This document shows positions 52,889 through 61,462 of a DNA stretch of 64,000 bases, piece by piece (position 1 is the stretch's first letter; each line of letters starts with the position of its first letter). Source of the DNA: an uncultured Collinsella sp. GTDB taxonomy: Bacteria > Actinomycetota > Coriobacteriia > Coriobacteriales > Coriobacteriaceae. Both the position numbers and the translations under genes were made by a program. The DNA lies in contig CATYJU010000007.1 in NCBI GenBank assembly GCA_958407995.1, positions 1,005 through 65,004 of the forward strand, in the 5' to 3' direction. The notes beneath the pieces were generated by a model, which made no database searches, had not been told where the DNA came from, and saw only the letters and a program-made list of their open reading frames with translations.

Positions 52889-53875
52889 ATGCCGATTAAT
52901 GATCCCGAGAAGTCGGAGAATATGCGCAAGTCCATCCGCGTGTATTCCGGTTCCTCCAACCGTCCCCTCGCTCAGAAGATCGCTGAGTACCTTGGGGTCG
53001 AGCTTTCGGGCCTTACGCTAAAGCAGTTCGCCAACGGTGAGATTTACGCCCGCTACGACGAGACCGTCCGCGGCGCCGACGTCTTCCTGATTCAGTCCGT
53101 GGCCGGCGGCAACGTCAACGACATGCTCATGGAGCTGCTCATCGCCACCGACGCTGCCAAGCGCGCATCCGCCCGCTCCATCACCGCCGTCATCACCCAC
53201 TACGGCTATGCCCGCCAGGACCGCAAGGCCGGCCCGCGCGAGCCCATCACCGCCCGCCTCGTCGCCAACCTGCTCGAGCGCGCCGGCGTCGACCGCATCA
53301 TCACCCTCGACCTGCACCAGGGTCAGATCCAGGGCTTCTTTGATATCCCGGTCAACCACCTGTCCGCACTGCCGCTGTTTGGCCAGTACTACAACGCCAT
53401 GAACTTCGACACCGACAACCTGGTTGTCGTCTCCCCCGACGTGGGCCGCGCCAAGGCCGCCAAGAAGCTGTCCGACATGCTCGGCTGCGACCTGGCCATC
53501 GCCCACAAGGGCCGTCCGCGCCACAACGCCGCCGAGGTCATGGGCATCATCGGTGACATCAAGGGCAAGACCTGCATCATCAACGACGACATGATCGACA
53601 CCGCTGGCACCCTGTGCGCCAACGTCAAGGAGCTCAAGGCTATGGGCGCTGGCGACATCTACGTCTGCGCCACCCACGGCATCTTCTCCGGTCCGGCCAT
53701 CGAGCGTCTGAACGACGCCCCGATCGTCGAGTGCCTCGTCACCGACGCCATTCCCGTCGAGGTCGGCGGCAAGATCAAGACCATCTCGGTCGCCGAGGAG
53801 TTCGCTCAGGCCATCTCCGCCGTTTACCACGAGGAGCCCGTCTCCACGCTCGTCGGCGGCGACTTCGCGCTGTAG
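52889..53875 (+). CDS. prs: Ribose-phosphate pyrophosphokinase.
   Basis: The sequence includes IRVYSGSSNRPLAQKIAEYLG, YARQDRK, DLHQGQIQGFF and DDMIDTAGT. Confidence 0.95.
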   Translation: MPINDPEKSENMRKSIRVYSGSSNRPLAQKIAEYLGVELSGLTLKQFANGEIYARYDETVRGADVFLIQSVAGGNVNDMLMELLIATDAAKRASARSITAVITHYGYARQDRKAGPREPITARLVANLLERAGVDRIITLDLHQGQIQGFFDIPVNHLSALPLFGQYYNAMNFDTDNLVVVSPDVGRAKAAKKLSDMLGCDLAIAHKGRPRHNAAEVMGIIGDIKGKTCIINDDMIDTAGTLCANVKELKAMGAGDIYVCATHGIFSGPAIERLNDAPIVECLVTDAIPVEVGGKIKTISVAEEFAQAISAVYHEEPVSTLVGGDFAL

Positions 53876-53960
53876 TCCAACGCGCATCGCATCATCTTTG
53901 ATGCTTTTAAAGGGTCGGAAGCTCGCTTCCGGCCCTTTTTCTATCCCTCGCCAACCTTCC

Positions 53961-54164
53961 CTGGACAATTGGTTCAGATACGTATTTTTTAAAGCCCCAA
54001 AGGGCCGTTCGGAGCCTTCTGAGCTCCCCGGCGGATGCCATGCCGCCCAAAGCTCATCGTTTTCGAGTACAACCGCCGCATATTTACCCTCAAATCACCC
54101 TCGAAGGCCCTTAGAAACGCCTCGAATGCCCGTCGCCTTATACGTATCTGAACTAACTGTCCAG
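53961..54164. mobile_element. MITE-like element F1 (204 bp) with 25-bp terminal inverted repeats CTGGACAATTGGTTCAGATACGTAT / ATACGTATCTGAACTAACTGTCCAG.
   Basis: The TIRs were read directly at 53961-53985 and 54140-54164. The same TIRs bound element F2. Confidence 0.75.
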
Positions 54165-54326
54165 TAGCTATCGTCAACCTTCGCGGCAGAGCTCAATTTC
54201 CTGCAATCCCCTCAACCGATTCCATCGATTTCATAACACCCAGCCGTTCATGGCGCACAGCGCCCCGCTGAGCGAAAAGAACGGTATGGCGGTCGCATTC
54301 TGCCGCCAACTTAGTACGTTATAGCT

Positions 54327-55454
54327 ATGACGACCGTGATTTCACATTTCTCCGCCCTCCGCGCAATTCGTCGCGCACGACGGGCGTACTCTGCCCTACC
54401 CTGGGACTCCGTTGATAGTGAACAGCAAGCACAGGCCTTGGCTAGCTGCATTCCCAATAATGACGCGATAGACTTTGGCGCACTTTCGATACTCGACGCC
54501 TGGAATGAAGATGATTCCGAACTACTCGATCTTCTCGTTTCAAACGAAGACAACAGACGCCCCGACAAGCGACTTCTTCAGCATATTCTCTCCGCTCCGC
54601 TTCCTGAAGGTGCAATTATGCACGTCGAGGCCGACATCTACGCAACGTCTCCTGCCATGACAGCCATGCTTTGTTCTAAAAATGAATCGGTCGCCAAAAC
54701 CTTGATGCTCCTTATGGAGCTGCTCGGAACCTACTCCCTTCCGCCCGAGGCAACCTACCCCATCGCCTATGACGACATCTGGCCCAAGGGCGATAGCTGC
54801 GCAGCGACGGGCGATCTTGATTGCCTGGGCGGCCAGTCGGCAGCCAAACAGCAGAACGAAACCCGCTACGAACAGGCGCACTACAAATGCGAGCCCGCCA
54901 CGACCATCGAAGATCTCGAGGCGGTCGCGCGCTTCGCCAAAAGTAGCTCATACACCTCGTTTCGCACGGCAGTCAAGCTTGCCCGACCCGGATCTTCATC
55001 CCCAGCCGAATCCCTAATGTTAGCCGTTCTCGGAGCGCCCATGCGCTTTGGCGGATTCGGATGTTGCAGCCTGCCCATGGGAGGCCTGCTACTCAACTAT
55101 CGAATCGACTTCGACACTCTTGCGGTTAACATGTCCTCCGGCATCCCTTACGCCATCTGCGACCTATATTGCCCGGCCGCCGGAGTCGACAACGAATACA
55201 ACGGAATTGGGCATGAGCTTCAAAACGCTCGCATCCACGATGGCAATCGAAATAATGGCCTCAAGGCAATGGGCATCCACGTCCTGGTTATCAATCGCGA
55301 CCAAATGAAAGACCTTGTTGCACTCGAAGCCTTCGCCCAAACGATGCATCGACTCGCAGGAGTCCGATTCCGATATCGCATCAAGGGCTATCGCAAGCGT
55401 CAGGCCGCTTGGCTCAACGCTCTGCGGGCCGGAATCGGCCTTGCGCCGGTCTAA
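54327..55454 (+). CDS. Hypothetical protein with a C-terminal DUF559/Vsr-like (restriction-endonuclease-fold) region.
   Basis: 375 aa. The C-terminus reads YAICDLYCPAAGVDNEYNGIGHELQNARIHDGNRNNGLKAMGIHVLVINRDQM, which follows the D...E.xG..H...D..R...L...G pattern. GC is lower than in the flanks. Confidence 0.6.
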   Translation: MTTVISHFSALRAIRRARRAYSALPWDSVDSEQQAQALASCIPNNDAIDFGALSILDAWNEDDSELLDLLVSNEDNRRPDKRLLQHILSAPLPEGAIMHVEADIYATSPAMTAMLCSKNESVAKTLMLLMELLGTYSLPPEATYPIAYDDIWPKGDSCAATGDLDCLGGQSAAKQQNETRYEQAHYKCEPATTIEDLEAVARFAKSSSYTSFRTAVKLARPGSSSPAESLMLAVLGAPMRFGGFGCCSLPMGGLLLNYRIDFDTLAVNMSSGIPYAICDLYCPAAGVDNEYNGIGHELQNARIHDGNRNNGLKAMGIHVLVINRDQMKDLVALEAFAQTMHRLAGVRFRYRIKGYRKRQAAWLNALRAGIGLAPV

Positions 55455-55486
55455 ACGGCGAATCACCCGTGCGCCGTCGAACAGGG

Positions 55487-55691
55487 CTGGACAGTTAGTT
55501 CAAATACGTATAAATAGACACATTGAATTAGGCTGTTTTGCAGCTATCTCTATACCATTCGCCCTATTTGAAAGCGGGGTAGACTTCAAAACAGCGTCAT
55601 ATGGACTAACTAAAGTTCCAAAACAACGTATCGGCATTGAATTGAGCAATTCGAGTCCTCAGAACTTATACGTATCTGAACTAACTGTCCA
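55487..55691. mobile_element. MITE-like element F2 (205 bp) with the same TIRs as F1 but an unrelated interior.
   Basis: CTGGACAGTTAGTTCAAATACGTATA lies at 55487-55512 and TATACGTATCTGAACTAACTGTCCA at 55667-55691. Confidence 0.75.
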
Positions 55692-55805
55692 CCTCGGATT
55701 TTGACGGCCGTCCAAACGCCCCCAAACAACCTCAATTGCCCTCCATTTGACAGCGGCAACAGGGTCGCTCACCATAGCAGGCGACAAACCAACGAAAGGA
55801 TGAAC

Positions 55806-56435
55806 ATGGCAGCTGCACAGCCGCTTAAGATTCGCATGGTTGCCGGACTTGGCAACCCTGGCGATGAGTATGCCGAGACCCGCCACAACGCCGGTTTTAA
55901 GGCGATCGACGAGCTGGCCCGTCAGGCCGGCGTCACGTACTGGAAAAACCAAGCAGGCGCCGAGGTCGCGCTCATCAATATCAACGATGCCGAGGAAGAG
56001 GGCGGCAAGCGCCAGATCGTGCTGGTCAAGCCGCAGTCGTACATGAATACCTCGGGTGGCCCCATCTCCAAGCTTTGCCGCGAATACAAAATCAAGGCCG
56101 AGGAGCTACTCGTAATCCACGACGAGCTCGATATTCCCGCCGGCGACGTGCGTGTTAAGGTGGGCGGCGGCCATGCTGGCCATAACGGCCTGCGCTCCAT
56201 CATCGACAAGATGGGCAGCCGCGACTTTAGTCGCATCCGCACCGGCATTGGCAACCCTCCCGGCAAGATGGCCGTGGCAGACTATGTGCTCAAGCAGCTG
56301 CGCGCCCGCGAGGCCGAGGACTTCCAGGACACCTGCGCCCGCGCCGCAGACGCCGCCGGTCTGGCCATCGTCCACGGCGTAATCTACGCCCGCGATCACG
56401 TAAACGGCGCCGCTTCCGCCAACGGCAAGCACTAA
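55806..56435 (+). CDS. pth: Peptidyl-tRNA hydrolase.
   Basis: MAAAQPLKIRMVAGLGNPGDEYAETRHNAGF...HDELD...GGHAGHNGLRS. AAAGGA lies 5 nt upstream. An alternative ATG is at 55800. Confidence 0.9.
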   Translation: MAAAQPLKIRMVAGLGNPGDEYAETRHNAGFKAIDELARQAGVTYWKNQAGAEVALININDAEEEGGKRQIVLVKPQSYMNTSGGPISKLCREYKIKAEELLVIHDELDIPAGDVRVKVGGGHAGHNGLRSIIDKMGSRDFSRIRTGIGNPPGKMAVADYVLKQLRAREAEDFQDTCARAADAAGLAIVHGVIYARDHVNGAASANGKH

Positions 56436-56444
56436 AACCTACCA

Positions 56445-56626
56445 AAAAGGGATGTTTATTTTGGCAGGTTTTATCTACGAAAACGCCCCAGTGGCCGCAT
56501 CGCAATAAACCCCGCACTGCCATACACACATAGCGCCCCAAAGGGGGCCGGCCTCATCACAACCTGAGGCCGGCCCTCTTTGCCGTTTTGCCTGATAAAA
56601 CTTGCCAAAATAAACCTGTCCCTATT
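56445..56626. repeat. A ~180-bp palindromic element (IR AAAAGGGATGTTTATTTTGGCAGGTTTT / AAAACTTGCCAAAATAAACCTGTCCCTATTT) enclosing the pth terminator.
   Basis: The arms are at 56445-56472 and 56597-56626. The central hairpin is at 56545-56576. Confidence 0.6.
56545..56590 (+). terminator. Intrinsic terminator after pth.
   Basis: GGGCCGGCCTCA-tcacaacc-TGAGGCCGGCCC forms a 12-bp stem and is followed by TCTTTGCCGTTTTG. Confidence 0.7.
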
Positions 56627-56807
56627 TGGCAGGCCAAAGTGGATAAACCCTGCTCCCGCCTGCCAAAGATACACGTAAACAGCATGTCCATGAGGGTATA
56701 ATTTGCACCGTATGTCTGCACAACGCCTGTGCGCGTACGGTTTTATTCGGGCTACCGTCCATTTCCGTGGAGGCACGGTTCGGCAGCCCTAACAAGAGAG
56801 GGGTTCT

Positions 56808-57647
56808 ATGTATAAGATCCTGGAGAAGACGCAGTTCTCGGAGAAGGTGTTCAAGTTCCGCATTGAGGCGCCTGCAATCGCCAAACATGCGCACGCTGGA
56901 CAGTTCCTCATGGTTCGCGCCAACGAGACGGGCGAGCGTGTCCCGTTTACCCTGGCCGGCTGGAACGGTGACGAGGGCTGGGTCGAGTTCATCTTCATGG
57001 TGATCGGCAAGACCACCGAGATGCTTTCCACCTACGAGGCCGGCGAGTCGCTGCGCGACGTCGTGGGCCCGCTGGGCGTTCCCACCGAGATGGCTGAGGG
57101 CCCCTGCGCCGTCATTGGCGGCGGCGTCGGCCTGGCAATTGCCTTCCCGGTCGCCAAGCACCTGGTCGAGACCGGCCACGAGGTGCACGCCATCATGGGC
57201 GCCCGCACCAAGGACCTCCTGCTTATGGAGGACCAGTTCCGCGAGCTCCTCGACGAGGACCACATCCACATCACCACTGACGACGGCTCCTACGGCGAGC
57301 AGGGCGTTGTCACCGCTCCGCTGGAGCGCCTGCTGCAGGACAAGGCCGTGAGCCAGGTCTTCTGCGTCGGCCCCGTTCCGATGATGAAGTTCTCGACCCT
57401 CACCGCCCAGAAGTACGACACCCCCATCACCGCGTCGCTCAACCCCATCATGGTTGACGGCACCGGCATGTGCGGCTGCTGCCGCGTCGAGGTGGGCGGC
57501 GTGACCAAGTTCGCTTGCGTCGACGGCCCCGACTTCGATGCCACCCTGGTCGACTGGGATGACCTTCGTGCCCGCCAGGCCGCTTACCGTTCCGAAGAGG
57601 GCGAGTCCCTCAAGGCCTATGAGGAAAAGAGATGCGCATGCCACTAG
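56808..57647 (+). CDS. Ferredoxin-NADP+ oxidoreductase-like FAD/NAD-binding subunit with a C-terminal 2Fe-2S site (NfnA/SudB/PyrK-like).
   Basis: 279 aa. The sequence includes FKFRIEAPAIAKHAHAGQFLMV, IGGGVGLA and the C-terminal Cys cluster MCGCCRV...FACVDGP. Confidence 0.85.
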   Translation: MYKILEKTQFSEKVFKFRIEAPAIAKHAHAGQFLMVRANETGERVPFTLAGWNGDEGWVEFIFMVIGKTTEMLSTYEAGESLRDVVGPLGVPTEMAEGPCAVIGGGVGLAIAFPVAKHLVETGHEVHAIMGARTKDLLLMEDQFRELLDEDHIHITTDDGSYGEQGVVTAPLERLLQDKAVSQVFCVGPVPMMKFSTLTAQKYDTPITASLNPIMVDGTGMCGCCRVEVGGVTKFACVDGPDFDATLVDWDDLRARQAAYRSEEGESLKAYEEKRCACH

Positions 57648-59047
57648 TTAACGGTCGTTTCGTTGCCGATATGAAGTCGCCCCGCACCCCCGATAACGAG
57701 GAGCCGGCTGCCGAGCGCGCCTGCGACTTCCGCCCCGTCGACAAGGGCTTCACCGAGGAGATGGCGCTGGCCGAGGCCGAGCGCTGCCTCAACTGCAAGA
57801 AGCCGTTCTGTGTTGAGGGCTGCCCCGTCAACATCAACATCCCCCGCTTTATCGAGCAGATCCGCGCGAAGGACTTCGGCGGCGCCCTCGATACTATCCG
57901 CGAGGACTCCATGCTTCCCGCTATCTGCGGCCGCGTCTGCCCGCAGGAGAACCAGTGCGAGGGCAAGTGCATCCGTGGTAAGAAGTCCGAGCCCGTGGCC
58001 ATCGGCCAGCTCGAGCGCTTCCTGGGTGATCGCCCCGAGCTCGCCTCCACGCCCAAGATGGCCCCCAAGAACGGCAAGAAGGTCGCCGTCGTCGGCTCCG
58101 GCCCGTCCGGCATCACCTGCGCCGGCGAGCTCGCCCGTAACGGCTTTGACGTCACCGTCTTCGAGGCATTCTTCACCGGCGGCGGCGTGCTGGTCTACGG
58201 CATCCCCGAGTTCCGTCTGCCCAAGGCAGTCGTCAAGCGCGAGATTGACGGCCTGGAGGACATGGGCGTCAAGTTTGAGTACAACTCCGTCGTGGGCAAC
58301 ATGGCCACGGCCGAGGAGCTGTTCGAGCAGGGCTTCGACGCCATCTACGTGGCGACTGGCGCCGGCCTGCCCAAGTTCCTCAACGTCCCCGGCGAGAACC
58401 TGCCCAACGTCTTCTTCGCGAACGAGTACCTCACCCGCGTGAACCTGATGAAGGCCAACAAGTTCCCCGAGTACGACACCCCCACCAAGCACGGCAAGAA
58501 CGTCGTCGTCTTTGGTGGCGGCAACGTGGCTATGGACGCCGTCCGTACCGCCAAGCGCCTGGGCGCCGAGCACGCCATCATCGCCTATCGTCGTACCGAG
58601 GATGAGATGCCCTGCCGTCGCGCTGAGCTGCACCATGCCAAGGCCGAGGGCGTCGAGGTTCTACCGCTCGTCTCCCCGCTCGAGTTTGTCGCTGGCGAGG
58701 ACGGCTCCGTGTGCGCCGTCAAGGTCCAGAAGATGGAGCTCGGCGAGCCCGACGAGTCCGGCCGCCGTCGCCCGGTGCCCATCGAGGGCGCCATCGAGGA
58801 GATCCCCTGCGACGTCGCGATCTCGGCTATCGGCACCAACGCCAACCCCTTCGCTGCCAAGATCGGCGGCAAGATGGAGCTCAACAAGTGGGGCTACATC
58901 GTCGCCGACGAGGAGACCGGCCAGACCACCGATCCCCGCATCTGGGCCGGCGGCGACATCGTCACCGGTGCCGCTACGGTCATTCTGGCGATGGGCGCCG
59001 GCAAGAAGGCCGCCGCTTCGATCACCAAGAGCCTGCTGGGCGAGTAA
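57632..59047 (+). CDS. NADPH-dependent glutamate-synthase-beta-like oxidoreductase (NfnB/SudA/GltD-like).
   Basis: The 2x[4Fe-4S] Cys motifs are CLNCKKPFCVEGCP and CGRVCPQENQCEGKC. The Rossmann motifs are VVGSGPSG and VFGGGNVAMD. It overlaps the preceding gene. Confidence 0.9.
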   Translation: MRMPLVNGRFVADMKSPRTPDNEEPAAERACDFRPVDKGFTEEMALAEAERCLNCKKPFCVEGCPVNINIPRFIEQIRAKDFGGALDTIREDSMLPAICGRVCPQENQCEGKCIRGKKSEPVAIGQLERFLGDRPELASTPKMAPKNGKKVAVVGSGPSGITCAGELARNGFDVTVFEAFFTGGGVLVYGIPEFRLPKAVVKREIDGLEDMGVKFEYNSVVGNMATAEELFEQGFDAIYVATGAGLPKFLNVPGENLPNVFFANEYLTRVNLMKANKFPEYDTPTKHGKNVVVFGGGNVAMDAVRTAKRLGAEHAIIAYRRTEDEMPCRRAELHHAKAEGVEVLPLVSPLEFVAGEDGSVCAVKVQKMELGEPDESGRRRPVPIEGAIEEIPCDVAISAIGTNANPFAAKIGGKMELNKWGYIVADEETGQTTDPRIWAGGDIVTGAATVILAMGAGKKAAASITKSLLGE

Positions 59048-59076
59048 TCACCTGCAGCGCTAGCCACCAAACGGCA

Positions 59077-59114
59077 AAGTCCCCGTCGAGCACGCGCCCG
59101 GCGGGGACTTTTTC
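59077..59114 (+). terminator. Intrinsic terminator after the NfnB-like gene.
   Basis: AAGTCCCCG...CGGGGACTT is followed by TTTTC. Confidence 0.6.
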
Positions 59115-59136
59115 TATGCCGGCCGTCCACGCTGCA

Positions 59137-59272
59137 TCTCAATCTGCAACAGTTAGAGACCAAATATGCCGCCTGGTGTTACAGATCAAGACGTTGGGCT
59201 GACGGCCGAACGGGTCATCTAAATCTGTAACAGTTAGAGCCATTTTCGCTGGCTTGGTGTTACAGATCGAGA
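59137..59272. repeat. Family D hairpin array with 2 units at an 81-bp period.
   Basis: The units are at 59137-59191 and 59218-59272. They have the same arms as the 29961-30257 array. Confidence 0.85.
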
Positions 59273-59326
59273 TTTTGCAAAAGCCGAGGATAGGCACTGC
59301 CGCCAAAGCCTTCCCCTCGGCCTAAA

Positions 59327-59372
59327 ACAAAAACCACCACAAAGGTGCCTGTCCCCTTTGTGGTGGTTTTGG
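59327..59372. terminator. Bidirectional intrinsic terminator between convergent genes.
   Basis: AAACCACCACAAAGG-tgcctgtcc-CCTTTGTGGTGGTTT forms a 15-bp stem with an A-tract before it and a T-tract after it. Confidence 0.75.
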
Positions 59373-59376
59373 TTGG

Positions 59377-60000
59377 CTAGCCTTCGAGCTGCGCCACCTT
59401 GTAGCGGTAGGCAGCGGCGATAACGTCTTTACAACCCTCGCGGCCCAGCTTGGCGCGGTTGACGACGATGTCCTTGCCACTCGTCATCTTCCACTTTCCG
59501 GCACTGTAGCGCTTATAGAACGCCTCGCGCGCCTTCTGCTGCTGCTTGACCAGCTTGGCGCCCTTCTTTTTGTTGAGGCCGCGCTTCTTGCGCACGATCT
59601 CGACGCGGTCCTCAAAGGGCGCAGTCACCAGCACGGCGATATGGTTGGGGTTGTTGCGCAGCAGGTAATCGGACAGGCGGCCTTCGATAATGCAGCTCTC
59701 GGTCTCGCCCAGATCCAAAATCACCTGGCTCATCTTTTGGAACAACTTATCCGAGTACGAACGGGCGTCGTAGCGGTCGGGCAGAAACGCCATGTTCTCC
59801 ACAGCCAGACGCTCGTCGTAGGCGGCCATCTTATCGAGCGACTCGCCCGCACGCAGCGACGCGCGCACCAGCAGCTCGTTATCGTACAGCGGAATCCCCA
59901 GCTCATTGGCGAGGATACGGCCAATCTCGTGGCCCTCGGCACCAAAGTCGCGCGCGATGGTAATGACCACAGGACTCTTCTTGTTCACCAGATCGCTCAT
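59377..60000 (-). CDS. Cytidylate-kinase-like family (AAA/P-loop-like) protein.
   Basis: The start is taken at MSDLVNKKSPVVITIARDFGAEGHEIGRILANELGIPLYDNELL, which is typical of this family. Confidence 0.75.
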   Translation of the reverse strand: MSDLVNKKSPVVITIARDFGAEGHEIGRILANELGIPLYDNELLVRASLRAGESLDKMAAYDERLAVENMAFLPDRYDARSYSDKLFQKMSQVILDLGETESCIIEGRLSDYLLRNNPNHIAVLVTAPFEDRVEIVRKKRGLNKKKGAKLVKQQQKAREAFYKRYSAGKWKMTSGKDIVVNRAKLGREGCKDVIAAAYRYKVAQLEG

Positions 60001-60016
60001 CGCGATTCCTTTCTCT

Positions 60017-60047
60017 ATGTGACAAAGGGACTGTCCCTTTGTCACAT
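60017..60047. repeat. Perfect 31-bp palindrome ATGTGACAAAGGGAC-T-GTCCCTTTGTCACAT in a 48-nt intercistronic gap.
   Basis: Read directly from the sequence. The arms are 60017-60031 and 60033-60047. Confidence 0.85.
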
Positions 60048-60048
60048 T

Positions 60049-60687
60049 CTACGCTGCCACCATTCGCCTCTGATATGTCCTCACCAGCAACGAGATACCA
60101 AAGTTGAGCACAAAGTACATCGCAAACACCAGGCCGTAGAGCATAAGCACCTGCGACAGGTCGATCGCATGGGCCATCACGACGTTTGCCGTGTACATGA
60201 GCTCGGCCACGTTAATGCCCGAAAGATACGAGCTGTCCTTAATGACGGTCGTGCATTGGCTAAACAGCGCCGGAATGATCGTCTTAAACGTCTGCGGCAG
60301 AATGATGTAGCGCATGGTGGCAAAGAAGCCGAAGCCCTGGCTCTGCGCTGCCTCAAACTGGCCGCGCGGAATCGAGTTGAGGCCGCCGCGCACAATCTCG
60401 GCCATAACAGCACTGGTAAACAGCGTAAAGGCGATGGTCGAAATCACAATGTCCAAACCCTGCACCGTAAAGTAGATAAACAGGATCCACAGCAGGTTCG
60501 GCGTGCAGCGGAACAGCTCGATATAGGCGCTCACCAAAATACGGAACGGGCGGGGCGCATAGCTTTTAACGAGCGCCAGCACCGTGCCAAAGATGAGCGA
60601 GAAAAAGATCGACAGCGCCGAGATCTCTATGGTCTTAACAAAGCCGCCCCAAATGTAGAGCAGGTTGGTCGCGTTGAAGATTTCCAT
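60049..60687 (-). CDS. Amino-acid ABC transporter permease (HisM/GlnP-like).
   Basis: 212 aa. The sequence includes SAVMAEIVRGGLNSIPRGQFEAAQSQGF...ILPQTFKTIIP. Confidence 0.9.
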   Translation of the reverse strand: MEIFNATNLLYIWGGFVKTIEISALSIFFSLIFGTVLALVKSYAPRPFRILVSAYIELFRCTPNLLWILFIYFTVQGLDIVISTIAFTLFTSAVMAEIVRGGLNSIPRGQFEAAQSQGFGFFATMRYIILPQTFKTIIPALFSQCTTVIKDSSYLSGINVAELMYTANVVMAHAIDLSQVLMLYGLVFAMYFVLNFGISLLVRTYQRRMVAA

Positions 60688-60690
60688 GCG

Positions 60691-61437
60691 CTAGGCCTCC
60701 TCTACGTTGTCGAGCCCCAGCTCGGCCAGGTTCACGCCGCGCGGACGCTCCTTGGAGCGACGCTCGAGCCACTGCACCAGCATGGCGAGCGGAAAGCAGA
60801 TGATGAAGTACATAAGGCAGCAGACGATGTATCCCTGCAGGTAACCGTACAGACTCACAAAGTTGTCGGAACGGTACATAAGGTCGCCGCCGGCCACAAG
60901 CGCCAGTACCGACGTGTTCTTGACCAGGTTGAGCGCCTGGTTACACAGCGGCGGCAAAATGATCTTGAACGTCTGGGGCAGCACGATGTACCAGTACGCC
61001 TGCGCACGGGTAAAGCCCTGGCTCTGGGCCGCCTCCATCTGACCGCGCGGGACCGCCTCGATACCGGTGCGGATGACCTCCGAAATGTAGGCCGCGTGAT
61101 ACAGGCCCACGCCCAAGAAGCCCAGCACGAACGGCGCGATGCGCACCGGCTGGTCGGCACCGGTTATGGCCTGCAAAAACTGCGGACCGGCCATGTACAT
61201 AAAGAGCACCTGTACGGGCAGCGGGGTGTTCTGGTAAAACTCCACGTACACGCGGCTTATGGCGCGCAGCACGCGTGAGCGAGTGGTAGAGAACACGCCC
61301 AGCAGCGTGCCCAGCACCAGCGACAGCAGCAGACCGGCAACGACCACTTGCAGCGTCACGCCAAAGCCCTCCCAGAAGGGCCCCATGTTTTGAAATGTCG
61401 TCGACCAACGGTCGGCGTCAAATAATCCTTCGAGCAT
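60691..61437 (-). CDS. Amino-acid ABC transporter permease.
   Basis: The start is taken at MLEGLFD (AAGGAAGGA upstream). The sequence includes AAYISEVIRTGIEAVPRGQMEAAQSQGF...VLPQTFKIILP. Confidence 0.9.
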   Translation of the reverse strand: MLEGLFDADRWSTTFQNMGPFWEGFGVTLQVVVAGLLLSLVLGTLLGVFSTTRSRVLRAISRVYVEFYQNTPLPVQVLFMYMAGPQFLQAITGADQPVRIAPFVLGFLGVGLYHAAYISEVIRTGIEAVPRGQMEAAQSQGFTRAQAYWYIVLPQTFKIILPPLCNQALNLVKNTSVLALVAGGDLMYRSDNFVSLYGYLQGYIVCCLMYFIICFPLAMLVQWLERRSKERPRGVNLAELGLDNVEEA

Positions 61438-61462
61438 TTGATTCCTTCCTTGGACGATGCGT

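Noticed and set aside
56445-56640. The TTGGCAGG motifs as sigma-54 (-24 TGGCA / -12 TTGC) promoters.
   Set aside because: No correctly spaced GC/TTGC -12 element follows any TGGCA. The motifs are better explained as arms of inverted repeats.
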